Shown piece after piece: positions 20,886 to 30,312 of a stretch of 64,000 nt of DNA (the stretch's first letter is position 1; each line of letters opens with the position of its first letter). This DNA comes from Calditrichia bacterium (GTDB lineage: Bacteria > Calditrichota > Calditrichia > RBG-13-44-9 > J075): the NCBI GenBank assembly GCA_050633245.1, contig JBOEGD010000001.1:192001-256000 (forward strand), read 5' to 3'. The notes under the pieces are model-generated. The model did not search any database and was not told the origin of the DNA. It was given only the letters and a program-made list of their open reading frames with translations. The position numbers and the translations under genes were made by a program.

Positions 20886-20901
20886 AGCAAAATTAATACC
20901 A
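20886..20901 (-). promoter_or_regulatory. Sigma-54 (-24/-12) promoter of the beta-helix gene
   Basis: Minus strand TGGTATTAATTTTGCT, exact GG-N10-GC spacing. Confidence 0.65.
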
Positions 20902-21150
20902 TTATTTGAAGCTCGAAACGTCGACTCTTTAGCGCCCCTCCCGCTTGATAAACTGTAAAAAAGCTACACAAATTGAGGAGGAGTATAGAGTTAGAATACA
21001 GAATGGCAAGATGCCGCGCAAAAATCGAAAGTTGACTGTCATCAACGCATGGTAGAATTGATTAGCGTATTTTGATAAATTATGCTGGTTAGATAGCACA
21101 TGGGATGATCTGATCTTTCGAATGCGAATTTTGGTTAAGGACAGACTGGG

Positions 21151-22785
21151 ATGAAACGTGATTTAAAGCGATTGAGCGATACACAGTTTGATCTGCTCAT
21201 TATTGGTGGTGGTATTCAAGGTGCCGGAATTGCCTGGCGCGCTTCATTGGAAGGCCTGAAAGTTGCCCTCATAGACAAAAGCGATTTTGCTGCAGGAAGC
21301 TCTTCAAATACCTCAAAAGTAATATACGGCGGTATGCAGGAACTTCGCCAATACGGCATTAAGCGAAGCCGATATTCCATGCACGAACGCCTGCGCTTGA
21401 TGCATATTGCACCCCATTTAGTCCATCAATTAAATTGTATTGTGCCAATTTACGGCGACGAGAATAAAACCAGCACCGGAATGAAGGCTGCGTTGAAGTT
21501 GTATGATTGGCTTGGACGAAAGCAGAACCGCGAGTTGGAAGACGAAGATGCACCTCACGCTGCCGAACCACTGGAAATTGAGAAGGTTCTCAAATTAATC
21601 CCTGGTGTAGATAAGGATGGACTGAAAGGCGGGGCCCGTTGGCAGGAAGCCGTGTGCAGTAATACTGAACGTCTGGTTATTTCTTTCCTGAAAACCGCAT
21701 ACATTCGTGGTGCCGCTCTGGCCAATTACATTCGCGCGCAGAAAATTATTACCGAGAAGAATAAGGCGATTGGCGTAGAAGTTCGTGATGAACTAAGCGG
21801 AGAGCAGTTTACCATCATGGCCGGTGAAATAGTTGATTGCAGCGGTCCATGGACAGATGAAATTTACGCTGGTAATGACGATAAAAAGAAAAAAGAAAAG
21901 CAATCCTATGTGGCGGGAATAAGCATTGTTACTCGTCAAATCATCTCTTCCGACCACTGCGTATATTTACGCCGCAGTTCTCATAGCGATCAATTTTACA
22001 ACGTTATTCCCTGGCGCGACCGTTCGATCCTTGGCACAGAGTGGTTTCGCTATGAAGGACATCCCGATCATTTACAGATAAGCCGCGGACAGTGCTTACA
22101 GCTTATCGAGAACTTTAACCGAATTTATCCTCATGCGAACTTGAACTTGGCTGATGTCAGCTTTATCTACAAGGGAATGGTGCCGGGCAGCGGTGAGGAC
22201 TATTTTGGCACAGAAACATTGAATAAGTTTCGCTTTCTCGATCATTCAGAGCATGGCGTAAAAGGATTAACGCGCATTGTCGGTGTAGAGTTCGGGGCGG
22301 CATTGCACGTTGCTGAAACCTTTTTGATGCGCCACTTCCCGCAGGTGAAACGACGTCCTTTAGCCGATCAGGGGGTGGTTGCCGGTGGTATGCCGATTGG
22401 AATTGAAGATTACCGCGAAGATTTGTTTAAGCGCTGGAAAGATCGTGTTGATATTAAAGAGCTCGAGCGGCTGTTTATGAATTATGGAAATGAGACCGAG
22501 CAGGTGCTGGTACGTTCCGAGAACAGCAGTCAGCGTGGTGGTGAACGTATTGATAATCGCTCAATTATGTTTGCTGAAGTGCGACATGCCTTAAGTGAGG
22601 AAATGGCTGTTAAGCTGACCGATGTCGTTATGCGGCGGACCGACCTTGGCTCTCATCAGCGTCCTTCCGAAATCGAACTTACCGACATTACCGAGCAAAT
22701 GGCCTCAGTGCTACAGTGGAGCGAAAACCGCTGCGTCTCCGAGCTTACCGAATGCCGCGATCGCTATCCGTTTATGTATAACTAG
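21151..22785 (+). CDS. FAD-dependent oxidoreductase, glycerol-3-phosphate dehydrogenase/oxidase-like (divergent active site)
   Basis: DLLIIGGGIQGAG, DFAAGSSSNTSKVIYGG, APHLV, EMAVKLTDVVMRRT. Confidence 0.8.
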   Translation: MKRDLKRLSDTQFDLLIIGGGIQGAGIAWRASLEGLKVALIDKSDFAAGSSSNTSKVIYGGMQELRQYGIKRSRYSMHERLRLMHIAPHLVHQLNCIVPIYGDENKTSTGMKAALKLYDWLGRKQNRELEDEDAPHAAEPLEIEKVLKLIPGVDKDGLKGGARWQEAVCSNTERLVISFLKTAYIRGAALANYIRAQKIITEKNKAIGVEVRDELSGEQFTIMAGEIVDCSGPWTDEIYAGNDDKKKKEKQSYVAGISIVTRQIISSDHCVYLRRSSHSDQFYNVIPWRDRSILGTEWFRYEGHPDHLQISRGQCLQLIENFNRIYPHANLNLADVSFIYKGMVPGSGEDYFGTETLNKFRFLDHSEHGVKGLTRIVGVEFGAALHVAETFLMRHFPQVKRRPLADQGVVAGGMPIGIEDYREDLFKRWKDRVDIKELERLFMNYGNETEQVLVRSENSSQRGGERIDNRSIMFAEVRHALSEEMAVKLTDVVMRRTDLGSHQRPSEIELTDITEQMASVLQWSENRCVSELTECRDRYPFMYN

Positions 22786-22960
22786 CAGAACACAGAACAC
22801 AGATGAAAAGGATGAAGCACCTGTAGATGCTTCGCGTCTCAAGCCAGAAGTGAAAAGATTTCCCCGCCTTGTCTCCCATTCTCCTTGTCTCCTTTTCCCA
22901 GCAGCGAGCTTGCGAGCGCATCAGTATCGCTCCCTTTTTCCTTGTCTCCCCATCACCCGC
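22786..22960. repeat. Low-complexity 7-mer/8-mer tandem repeats between convergent genes
   Basis: (CAGAACA)2 CAGA at 22786-22803; CCTTGTCT-type 8-mers at 22867-22898 and 22932-22955. Confidence 0.55.
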
Positions 22961-23593
22961 TCATTTCTGCAGCACCGCCTTCTGCATCCTACGCTGACCT
23001 GCGCTAAGAAGCTGGTAGAAGTAAATACCGGTTGAGAGAGCATTACCATTATCATCCTTACCATCCCACTCTATAGAATAAGCGCCCTTTTCCATAAAAT
23101 CGTCTACCAATGTGCGGATCTTCATGCCAAGAGCATTGAAAATCAAGAGTTGCGTGCGACCCTTGGCAGGAATGGCATAGTCGATGGTGGTGGTTGGATT
23201 AAACGGATTAGGGTAGTTCTGAGCCAGGCGAAATTCGCCGGGTACAGGTGTATTCTCACCGGTCGAGGTAAGAATGCCGGAGGTGGCACTTAGTTCAGGG
23301 GTGGCAGCGCTTTCATTACCGGAGTAATCCACTGCGGTGAGTTTATAGAAATAGGTGCGGTTTTGCTCTACACCATGATCGCTAAATGAGGTGTTCGTGG
23401 CCTGCACGGTTGCATACGGCCTGTAGGTGCCGGACAAGGTATCGCGATAAATAACGTAATGTGAGATATCGGCTTCCGGACTGGCATCCCAGCTAAGCTC
23501 CAGCGGTTGCGCAGAAAGCTCCGGTAGCATAAAAGTCATAATTGCGCCTAAACAGACGCCTATTTTTTTAAGTAGCTTCACAGCTCGTTTCAT
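22961..23593 (-). CDS. Secreted FN3-domain protein with T9SS/FlgD-like C-terminal sorting domain
   Basis: Signal peptide; LELSWDASPEADISHYVIYR...TYFYKLTAVDYSGNES; LAQNYPNPFNPTTTI...WDGKD...TGIYFY. Confidence 0.85.
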   Translation of the reverse strand: MKRAVKLLKKIGVCLGAIMTFMLPELSAQPLELSWDASPEADISHYVIYRDTLSGTYRPYATVQATNTSFSDHGVEQNRTYFYKLTAVDYSGNESAATPELSATSGILTSTGENTPVPGEFRLAQNYPNPFNPTTTIDYAIPAKGRTQLLIFNALGMKIRTLVDDFMEKGAYSIEWDGKDDNGNALSTGIYFYQLLSAGQRRMQKAVLQK

Positions 23594-23663
23594 TAAGACC
23601 CACCGTTTGAGAATACCAAACTAAGCGAATTGAGTCCTCATCCATCCAGAATGCCTTAACAAA

Positions 23664-23679
23664 AGCAAATCAGATACCA
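23664..23679 (-). promoter_or_regulatory. Sigma-54 (-24/-12) promoter of the FN3 gene
   Basis: Minus strand TGGTATCTGATTTGCT, exact GG-N10-GC spacing. Confidence 0.65.
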
Positions 23680-23906
23680 ATAGTGGAAAAGCCGTAGAAA
23701 TGCGGCTCTGTAATGTTGTCTGTATGATGGAAAACGGATTCTGTGCATATATTTCATCATTTTTTTGTATCCTTAGGGCAAGATGAGGTATCAATAAAGA
23801 TGTGGTTTGGCAGAAAAAAGCCGAACCTGTTTTCGACAAGTGGGCACTGAACAAATAATTATACCCGCGCCGGAGCAATGTTGTAAAACCGTTGTTGGAG
23901 ATGTTT

Positions 23907-25136
23907 ATGAAAATGATGAGCTGTATACTTTTGATTGCTGCACTTTTTCTTGGCTGTAGCGAGCAACATTCTACGCTTGAAGTAGGAACCTGGCGAGCTC
24001 TTGTTAAACTACCTGGTGGTGAGCTGCCGTTTACACTGGACGTTCGAGAAAAGGGCAGCAGCTATGCCGTTACGTTTATTAATGGCGATGAACGCGTTTT
24101 GGTAGACAGCCTGCGTATCGATAAAGATCATCTTTATCTGAAGCTACCGGCATTTAATTCCACCATTGAAGCCACAATTGAGCGGCGTCATCGCCTTACC
24201 GGATTTCTAACGCTGATTAAGCGCGGTGGTAAAAAGCAGGTCATGTCTTTTGTTGCGATGCACGGTGAAGGTCATCGCTTCTCGAAGGAGGATGTAGCGA
24301 ATCCGGTGGATGTCTCCGGGCGCTGGGCCGTGACCTTTCGTGAAGAATCCGGTGACAGCACGCTGGCGGTTGGTGTTTTTGAGCAGGATGGAAAAGTTGT
24401 AACCGGCACGTTCATGACGCCCACGGGGGATTATCGCTATTTGGCCGGGGAAGTAGCTGCTAACGGAAGCATGCAGCTTTCCTGTTTCGATGGTAATCAT
24501 GCTTTTCTATTTAATGCAGTATTAGATGAGAACGATATGCTTAGCGGCAACTTTTGGTCTGGCACGCAATGGCATGAGACATGGACCGCAAAGCGGGATG
24601 CCGATGTTTCGCTTCCCGATGCATATCGGATGACTTACTTGAAAGATGGCTACGATCGCTTCGATTTTACTTTTCCTGATACTGATAGCAACAGCGTGTC
24701 TTTAACGGACGAGAAATATCGCGATAAGGTTGTTGTTCTGACAATTGCCGGAAGCTGGTGCCCAAATTGCCATGATGAGGCGGCATTTATGGCGCCATTC
24801 CATAAGCGCTATCGTGAGCACGGTCTTGAGATTGTTGGTTTAATGTATGAGCACTTTCGCGATTTTCCTACCGCCGCTAAGCAGGTAGAGCGCTTCCGCA
24901 AAAAATTTAAGATTGAGTATGACCTGCTGGTTGCCGGCTACTCCGATAAAGCCGATGCCGCTAAGACCTTACCGATGATCAATCATGTCCTGTCTTATCC
25001 GACCACTATCTTTATCGACAAGAAGGGTAATGTACGAAAGATTCATACCGGCTTTACCGGTCCTGGAACCGGCGATGCTTACGAAACGCTGACGCACGAA
25101 TTTACCGAACTTGTGGAAACGCTGCTGGCCGAATAA
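23907..25136 (+). CDS. TlpA-family thioredoxin-like lipoprotein
   Basis: Lipobox FLGC; C-terminal GSWCPNC and YPTTIFID; start chosen from the GGAG SD. Confidence 0.85.
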   Translation: MKMMSCILLIAALFLGCSEQHSTLEVGTWRALVKLPGGELPFTLDVREKGSSYAVTFINGDERVLVDSLRIDKDHLYLKLPAFNSTIEATIERRHRLTGFLTLIKRGGKKQVMSFVAMHGEGHRFSKEDVANPVDVSGRWAVTFREESGDSTLAVGVFEQDGKVVTGTFMTPTGDYRYLAGEVAANGSMQLSCFDGNHAFLFNAVLDENDMLSGNFWSGTQWHETWTAKRDADVSLPDAYRMTYLKDGYDRFDFTFPDTDSNSVSLTDEKYRDKVVVLTIAGSWCPNCHDEAAFMAPFHKRYREHGLEIVGLMYEHFRDFPTAAKQVERFRKKFKIEYDLLVAGYSDKADAAKTLPMINHVLSYPTTIFIDKKGNVRKIHTGFTGPGTGDAYETLTHEFTELVETLLAE

Positions 25137-25166
25137 CGTATTGTAGAGTCGTACAATTGTGCGGCT

Positions 25167-28100
25167 CTACAATACGTCGATTTTATCTGCAATCAAATTA
25201 GCCTCGCCCGGGATGCGAGATTGAATGGTGCCGTGTATTCGGTAGGGACCCGGGCCTTTCACCAGATGCCCATAGCGGCTGTAGGTCTGCGCAAACAATA
25301 CCACTTCACAAAGGCCGTGCAGATCTTCCAGCGTCAGAAATTTCATCAACTCTTTGTTTTGCGTGGTTACTCGTCTACTGGTAACCATCCAGCCAATAAA
25401 CGTAACGCGCTTTCCTTTATTCTCTTCCAGCTGAAAAGATGTGATAGTATTCGCGCTGATATGCTTGGTGTAAAGCGTTAGCGGATGATCTGTAATGGCA
25501 AACCCCAATAGTTCAAGCTCGTAATAAATAGCCTGCCGCGGCGCATAAGGCTGAAGGCGAACCTGTTCCATCATGGCCTCGGTAAGGCTGCGTCGGCGTT
25601 TGTTCTTGAAGTAAAACTTATTGCGCAACAGCAGCTCCGGCTCGTTTGGGTTCAATGAGCGCAGTGCGCCACATTTTATCAGATTTTCCACTTCCCCTTC
25701 GCGTGGCGTTACCCGATTGATGAAATCGTAATAGTCACGAAATTGAGATTCACGTCGTTGCTCTACAATTCGTTGCTGAGTGCGAATGGTCAGCTCATGC
25801 ACGCTTTCCAGGCCGGTAATAATCGTATCATGTGTGCAGATAAATACCCGTTCCGATTGTTGTACATCTGGTGGCAAGAGCTTGATACCCATGCGACGAC
25901 ATTCGGAGATGTAAGCAGACAGGGAATAAAACCCACCCTGATTGTTCAATACGGCGGTCATATATGGCACCGGGAAATAACACTTTAGGAAAGCGGTTTG
26001 GTAGGCGATAACGCCATATGTGCAAGAATGCGCTTTATTGAAACCGTAGCCAACAAAATTCCCAAGAAATTTCCAGACGGTTTCCGTCTGCGACTTGGAA
26101 AGTCCCTTTTCTTTCGCGCCGTCGTTAAAGCGTTTGCGCATTTTATCCAGCGTTTCATGGTTACGACTTTTCGTCATGGCACGTCGCAGTACGTCTGCCT
26201 CCGAGAGCGTGAATCCCGCCACTGCAGCAGCAATCTGCATCACCTGTTCCTGATAAATAATACTGCCGTAGCTTTCCTCTAAAACCGGCTTTAGCAGTGG
26301 ATGGATGTAGTCTACCGTTTCCAAACCGGCGCGCCGAGCGATGTATTTTTCCTTCATACCGCTGTCAGCTGCTCCGGGGCGAATTAGCGCAACGGAAATA
26401 ATCACGTCTTCCATACCGTCAATCTGCATCTTTTGCAGCAGGCCGCGCATGGCCGGGCTTTCGGTTTGAAAACAACCCATGCTCATGCCTTCGCGTAAAA
26501 GTGCAATAACGTTTGGGTCGTTTTCCGGAATCATGCGCAGATCCAGTGGAGAAATATGGGACTTGCTGGTATCGAGAAATGGAAAACGCTTCTGGGTAAG
26601 ATAAGATGCGGCAGGCTCGAGGGTAATGTGTCTTCCTTCCAGGTCGTAACGGCAAACAATTTGTTTTAGAGGGTCGTCCCTAACACGATTGGAGGCCTTT
26701 CTAATGTCTTCCAGACAATCGGTAATCACGCTGAGTGAGCGCACGCCAAGCAGGTCCATTTTTACCAACCCCAGTGGCTCTACCGAATACATATCGTAAT
26801 GCGATGTAATGATGCCCTTTCCGGCAACCTGTAGTGGAGTGTAGTTGCGGATATCGTCCGGGGCGATAATGATGCCGCCGGAATGAATTGAGCAATGACG
26901 TGGATAACCGGCAATCTGTTGTGCAAAGTCCAGCACTTGTTCCAGTACATCGGCATGGGTGCGAATATGACGACATTCCGGTGCCTCCGAAAGTGCTTTG
27001 CTGAGAGAATTGCGGCTGTAATGCGGCAGGTAACGGGTAATCGCGCCGATCTCATCTTCAGGAAAACCATAGCAGCGTGCGATGTCGCGAATAGAGGAGC
27101 GTAGCTTAAATCTGCTGAAGGTACAAATCATTGCAGTATGCGCGCTGCCGTAGGTATCGTAAACATAGCGAATAACCCGGTCGCGATTCTTCCAGCATAA
27201 ATCCAGATCAATATCCGGCATGTCCGATCGTTCGCGATTTAAAAATCGTTCAAAGTAGAGGTTATAGCGTAACGGATCCGCCTGAGTAATGCCCAGAACA
27301 TAGGACACCAGACTATCACCAGCAGAACCCCGACCAATGCAGGGAATGCGTTCGCGATGGCAGAACTCTACGATGTCTTTCACAATTAGAAAGTAATCGC
27401 TGAATCCGAGAGCATTAATGGTATTCAGTTCGGTGGTAAGGCGAGCGGTTAATTCCTGGGTTAAGATGTGATAGCGTTCCTGCGCACCGCTGAATGCTGC
27501 TTTCCATAGATAAGAATAGCTGGTTTCGCTATCAGGCAGATCAATCGATGGAAAAATATGTTTATTCAGTCCAAAAGAGAATTCACACTGTGACGCAATT
27601 GTTTTGGTGTTTCGAATCGCATCCGGAAATTGTTTAAACAGCCGCTGCATTTCATTTGCAGGCTTCAGATATTGCTCTGCACTGACGCGTTCTGTTATGC
27701 GTTCGATTAGGGTGTTTTCATCAACTGCCCGTAACACCGCATGCAGTTCCTGCTCCTGCCTGTTTGCCAGATAGACATCATTGGTAGCAGCGAGTGGAAT
27801 CTCGTACTGACGCCCCAGATCGCGCAGGCGCAGGTTCATCATCAGATCGCTTTGCTGGAAGTGCTGCAGCTCGATAAAGAAGTGTCTGCCAAAAATGCGC
27901 TTCATCTGTCGGCAGTAGGTTTGTGCCTCTGCCAGTCGATGTGCATTGACCTGTTTCCAGAGCAAACCGACCTTACCTGCCGAGAGAACTGTAAGCCCTT
28001 TTTTGTATGTGATAAGGTCCTTGAGTTCCAGTTTAAATCCAAGATGTCCACCCTGTAAATGTCCCAACGAAAGTAGGTGACAGAGATTGCTATAGCCTTT

Positions 28101-28340
28101 TTGGTTTCGGACCAATAGCAATAATGTTTGGTCGGTGAACGTGATTTCCGAACCAATAATTGGTTGAATGCCGATTTCCAGTGCTTGCTGATAAAACTCG
28201 ATTGCCCCGTATAGTGCATTGCGATCGGTGAGAGCGAGATAGGTAAAACCAAGTTTTTGCGCATTGCCAAGCAGCGTATCGATTTTCATCGTGCCGCGTA
28301 ATAAGCTGTAACAGCTATGTGTATGAAGATGAACAAACAT
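25167..28340 (-). CDS. dnaE2: C-family DNA polymerase III alpha, DnaE2-like (error-prone type)
   Basis: PHP HLHTHS; GRGSAG, FERFLN, PDIDLD, KMDLLG, YGFNKAHS; ends at the OB fold with no tau-binding tail; SOS-like operator upstream and dinB nearby. Confidence 0.85.
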   Translation of the reverse strand: MFVHLHTHSCYSLLRGTMKIDTLLGNAQKLGFTYLALTDRNALYGAIEFYQQALEIGIQPIIGSEITFTDQTLLLLVRNQKGYSNLCHLLSLGHLQGGHLGFKLELKDLITYKKGLTVLSAGKVGLLWKQVNAHRLAEAQTYCRQMKRIFGRHFFIELQHFQQSDLMMNLRLRDLGRQYEIPLAATNDVYLANRQEQELHAVLRAVDENTLIERITERVSAEQYLKPANEMQRLFKQFPDAIRNTKTIASQCEFSFGLNKHIFPSIDLPDSETSYSYLWKAAFSGAQERYHILTQELTARLTTELNTINALGFSDYFLIVKDIVEFCHRERIPCIGRGSAGDSLVSYVLGITQADPLRYNLYFERFLNRERSDMPDIDLDLCWKNRDRVIRYVYDTYGSAHTAMICTFSRFKLRSSIRDIARCYGFPEDEIGAITRYLPHYSRNSLSKALSEAPECRHIRTHADVLEQVLDFAQQIAGYPRHCSIHSGGIIIAPDDIRNYTPLQVAGKGIITSHYDMYSVEPLGLVKMDLLGVRSLSVITDCLEDIRKASNRVRDDPLKQIVCRYDLEGRHITLEPAASYLTQKRFPFLDTSKSHISPLDLRMIPENDPNVIALLREGMSMGCFQTESPAMRGLLQKMQIDGMEDVIISVALIRPGAADSGMKEKYIARRAGLETVDYIHPLLKPVLEESYGSIIYQEQVMQIAAAVAGFTLSEADVLRRAMTKSRNHETLDKMRKRFNDGAKEKGLSKSQTETVWKFLGNFVGYGFNKAHSCTYGVIAYQTAFLKCYFPVPYMTAVLNNQGGFYSLSAYISECRRMGIKLLPPDVQQSERVFICTHDTIITGLESVHELTIRTQQRIVEQRRESQFRDYYDFINRVTPREGEVENLIKCGALRSLNPNEPELLLRNKFYFKNKRRRSLTEAMMEQVRLQPYAPRQAIYYELELLGFAITDHPLTLYTKHISANTITSFQLEENKGKRVTFIGWMVTSRRVTTQNKELMKFLTLEDLHGLCEVVLFAQTYSRYGHLVKGPGPYRIHGTIQSRIPGEANLIADKIDVL

Positions 28341-28362
28341 TGTAAGTTCCTGTAAGATCCTT

Positions 28363-28440
28363 TGATTGATGAATTATGATTGATGAATTATGAATTAACC
28401 AGAGACCAGAGAGTTTTCTGCCTACTGTCTGCTACCTCCT
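28363..28440. repeat. Heptamer tandem repeats in the dnaE2 5' UTR
   Basis: TGATTGA TGAATTA TGATTGA TGAATTA TGAATTA, (ACCAGAG)2, then TCTGCCT-type units. Confidence 0.7.
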
Positions 28441-28497
28441 GCGAGTCGAGCATCGCGAGACGACCTACCAACGAACACAATGAGTAATTGATTTTAC

Positions 28498-28544
28498 GTG
28501 ATCATTCGTTCACTATTCTAGCATCCTGGGATCAATAAAATCAA
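28498..28544 (-). promoter_or_regulatory. Sigma-70 promoter of dnaE2 with SOS-box-like operator
   Basis: Minus strand TTGATT-N18-TAGAAT, then after 1 nt GTGAACGAATGATCAC (28498-28513); same architecture at 35917-35963. Confidence 0.7.
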
Positions 28545-28590
28545 CTAAAATCTGAAAAAAGGCTGTGAAAATAAAAATCATTCCGTTGTC

Positions 28591-28615
28591 AACTTTTTTA
28601 AATCCACAATGTCTA
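28591..28615 (+). promoter_or_regulatory. Candidate autoregulatory ECF promoter
   Basis: AAC-N17-GTCTA immediately upstream of the ECF sigma gene. Confidence 0.5.
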
Positions 28616-28619
28616 TATA

Positions 28620-29207
28620 TTGAAAGAAAATGGTGCTATTGGTGTGAATCGCGAACAGGAACTCATCCGGGAGGCGCAAACCGGGGACGTCGGATCATTT
28701 GACGAGCTGGTGCGTCTATACGACCGGAAAATACTTCAGCTTATTGAAAGCATTGTCGGCAGTCGACACGACGCCTATGATGTTTATCAGGATACCTTTA
28801 TCCGGGCATTCCGTAAGCTGGACACGTTTCGCGGCGAAAGCGCCTTCGGCACCTGGCTGTCTCGTATTGCCATCAATCTGTCGCTGAATTGGTGTAAGCG
28901 GCAGCGACGCAAAGAACTCTTCTCGATGGATGCGAAGCAGGAGCAGCAGGGAGGCTGGGATTTAATAGAGGGAGCGAAAGGCAGTGAGAAGCGGGTACTG
29001 CAGGATGAACTGATGAGTCATGTGGATGTTGGATTGAAGAAGCTGCCACATAAACAACGCTCGATTTTTATCCTGAAACATCAGCATGGGTATAAGATAA
29101 AAGAGATTGCCGGGATGATGAACTGCGCAGAGGGAACGGTAAAGCAACATCTGTTTCGCGCAACGGCAAAGTTGAAGGAAATGCTGACCCCGTATTATGA
29201 AAACTGA
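28620..29207 (+). CDS. ECF RNA polymerase sigma factor (alternative GTG start at 28644)
   Basis: DVYQDTFIRAF, FRGESAFGTWLSRIAIN, IKEIAGMMNCAEGTVKQHLFRA. Confidence 0.93.
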   Translation: MKENGAIGVNREQELIREAQTGDVGSFDELVRLYDRKILQLIESIVGSRHDAYDVYQDTFIRAFRKLDTFRGESAFGTWLSRIAINLSLNWCKRQRRKELFSMDAKQEQQGGWDLIEGAKGSEKRVLQDELMSHVDVGLKKLPHKQRSIFILKHQHGYKIKEIAGMMNCAEGTVKQHLFRATAKLKEMLTPYYEN

Positions 29208-29308
29208 GGCGAGAAGCGAGAAGGTAAAATGGTCAATGGTCAATGAACAATTGAAAATGGTCAATGAAAAATGTCCAATAATAAACCATCAATAATAACT
29301 CATCAATT
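29208..29308 (+). repeat. Composite heptamer repeat element, copy A
   Basis: (GCGAGAA)2, then AATGGTC-type units, then ACTCATC-type units; an imperfect inverted copy lies at 33677-33767. Confidence 0.7.
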
Positions 29309-29322
29309 ATAGATTGATTGCT

Positions 29323-30312
29323 ATGAAAAAAATAGATCAACAAAATCTGATTCTCTACCATCTCGATGAGCTGGAATCTGTGGAGCGCGCGAAGGTTGAG
29401 CAGCGCTTGCAGAATGAACCAGCCTTGCAAAAAGAGTTGGAGAAAATTGCAGCATTACACGAGGCCGCGGCAAAAAAAGCGCCTGCCGACGTATCTGATG
29501 AAACATTGGATATGCTGCGCCAAAGCGTTATGCGAAAGCTGCGCCAAGAACAGGCCAAGCCGGCAAAACAGCCTTTCTGGGGCTTTTTGCAGCCCGGCCC
29601 TGCACTACAGTTCGGATTTGCAGCGCTGCTTGTGCTGGTAGGGTTTCTATTTGGAAGATTAAATAGCGAGGCAGTACCGATAGAGAATAATCAACTTGCG
29701 GAACTATTAACCGCAAGTCGGGAAATTCAGTCGGGCAATAGCGCTGTTAATCCACTTCTGGCAGGGGTGGAAAAGCTACGTTACGACCCGCAAAGCGGCA
29801 CTCTCGAAATTTCTTATACCACGGTTAACGACATTCGGTTGAGTGGTCAGGTGGCCGATCCATCTGTGCGCAGACTTCTGCAAGAAGCGGTGATGGAAGA
29901 GGAACGCCCAAATGTGCGGCTGCATGCCGTGAAAGCACTAGAGCTTATGGCTGAAAAGAAGGAGCTGGATCGTGATCTGATAGAAACGCTTATCTTTCTG
30001 CTGGAACGCGATAGCAACACCGGCGTCCGGTTGCGGATTTTATCGGTATTGGAAAGCATGGAAAACGATCCGTTGGTAAAAGCGACGCTCACCCGGATTG
30101 TTCTTAATGATCCCGATGAGGCGGTGCGAATTCGCGCGATGGAAACGTTTACCAAGGGAATGATACATCTTGAAGATACACATATTATGAAGAAGGTTGC
30201 CAAGCAGGATTCGAACAGTTACGTTCGTAGAATGGCACAGGACGTGCTTGAAAAAATTGACATAACAGAGCCTCCCAGGGAAGAGCAGACGACTAGTCAG
30301 GAGCAGATATGA
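29323..30312 (+). CDS. Putative anti-sigma factor with TM segment and HEAT repeats
   Basis: N-terminal anti-sigma-like LYHLDEL...VEQRL, one TM helix, repeats of the VRLHAVKAL / VRLRILSVL / VRIRAMETF type; follows the ECF sigma. Confidence 0.78.
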   Translation: MKKIDQQNLILYHLDELESVERAKVEQRLQNEPALQKELEKIAALHEAAAKKAPADVSDETLDMLRQSVMRKLRQEQAKPAKQPFWGFLQPGPALQFGFAALLVLVGFLFGRLNSEAVPIENNQLAELLTASREIQSGNSAVNPLLAGVEKLRYDPQSGTLEISYTTVNDIRLSGQVADPSVRRLLQEAVMEEERPNVRLHAVKALELMAEKKELDRDLIETLIFLLERDSNTGVRLRILSVLESMENDPLVKATLTRIVLNDPDEAVRIRAMETFTKGMIHLEDTHIMKKVAKQDSNSYVRRMAQDVLEKIDITEPPREEQTTSQEQI

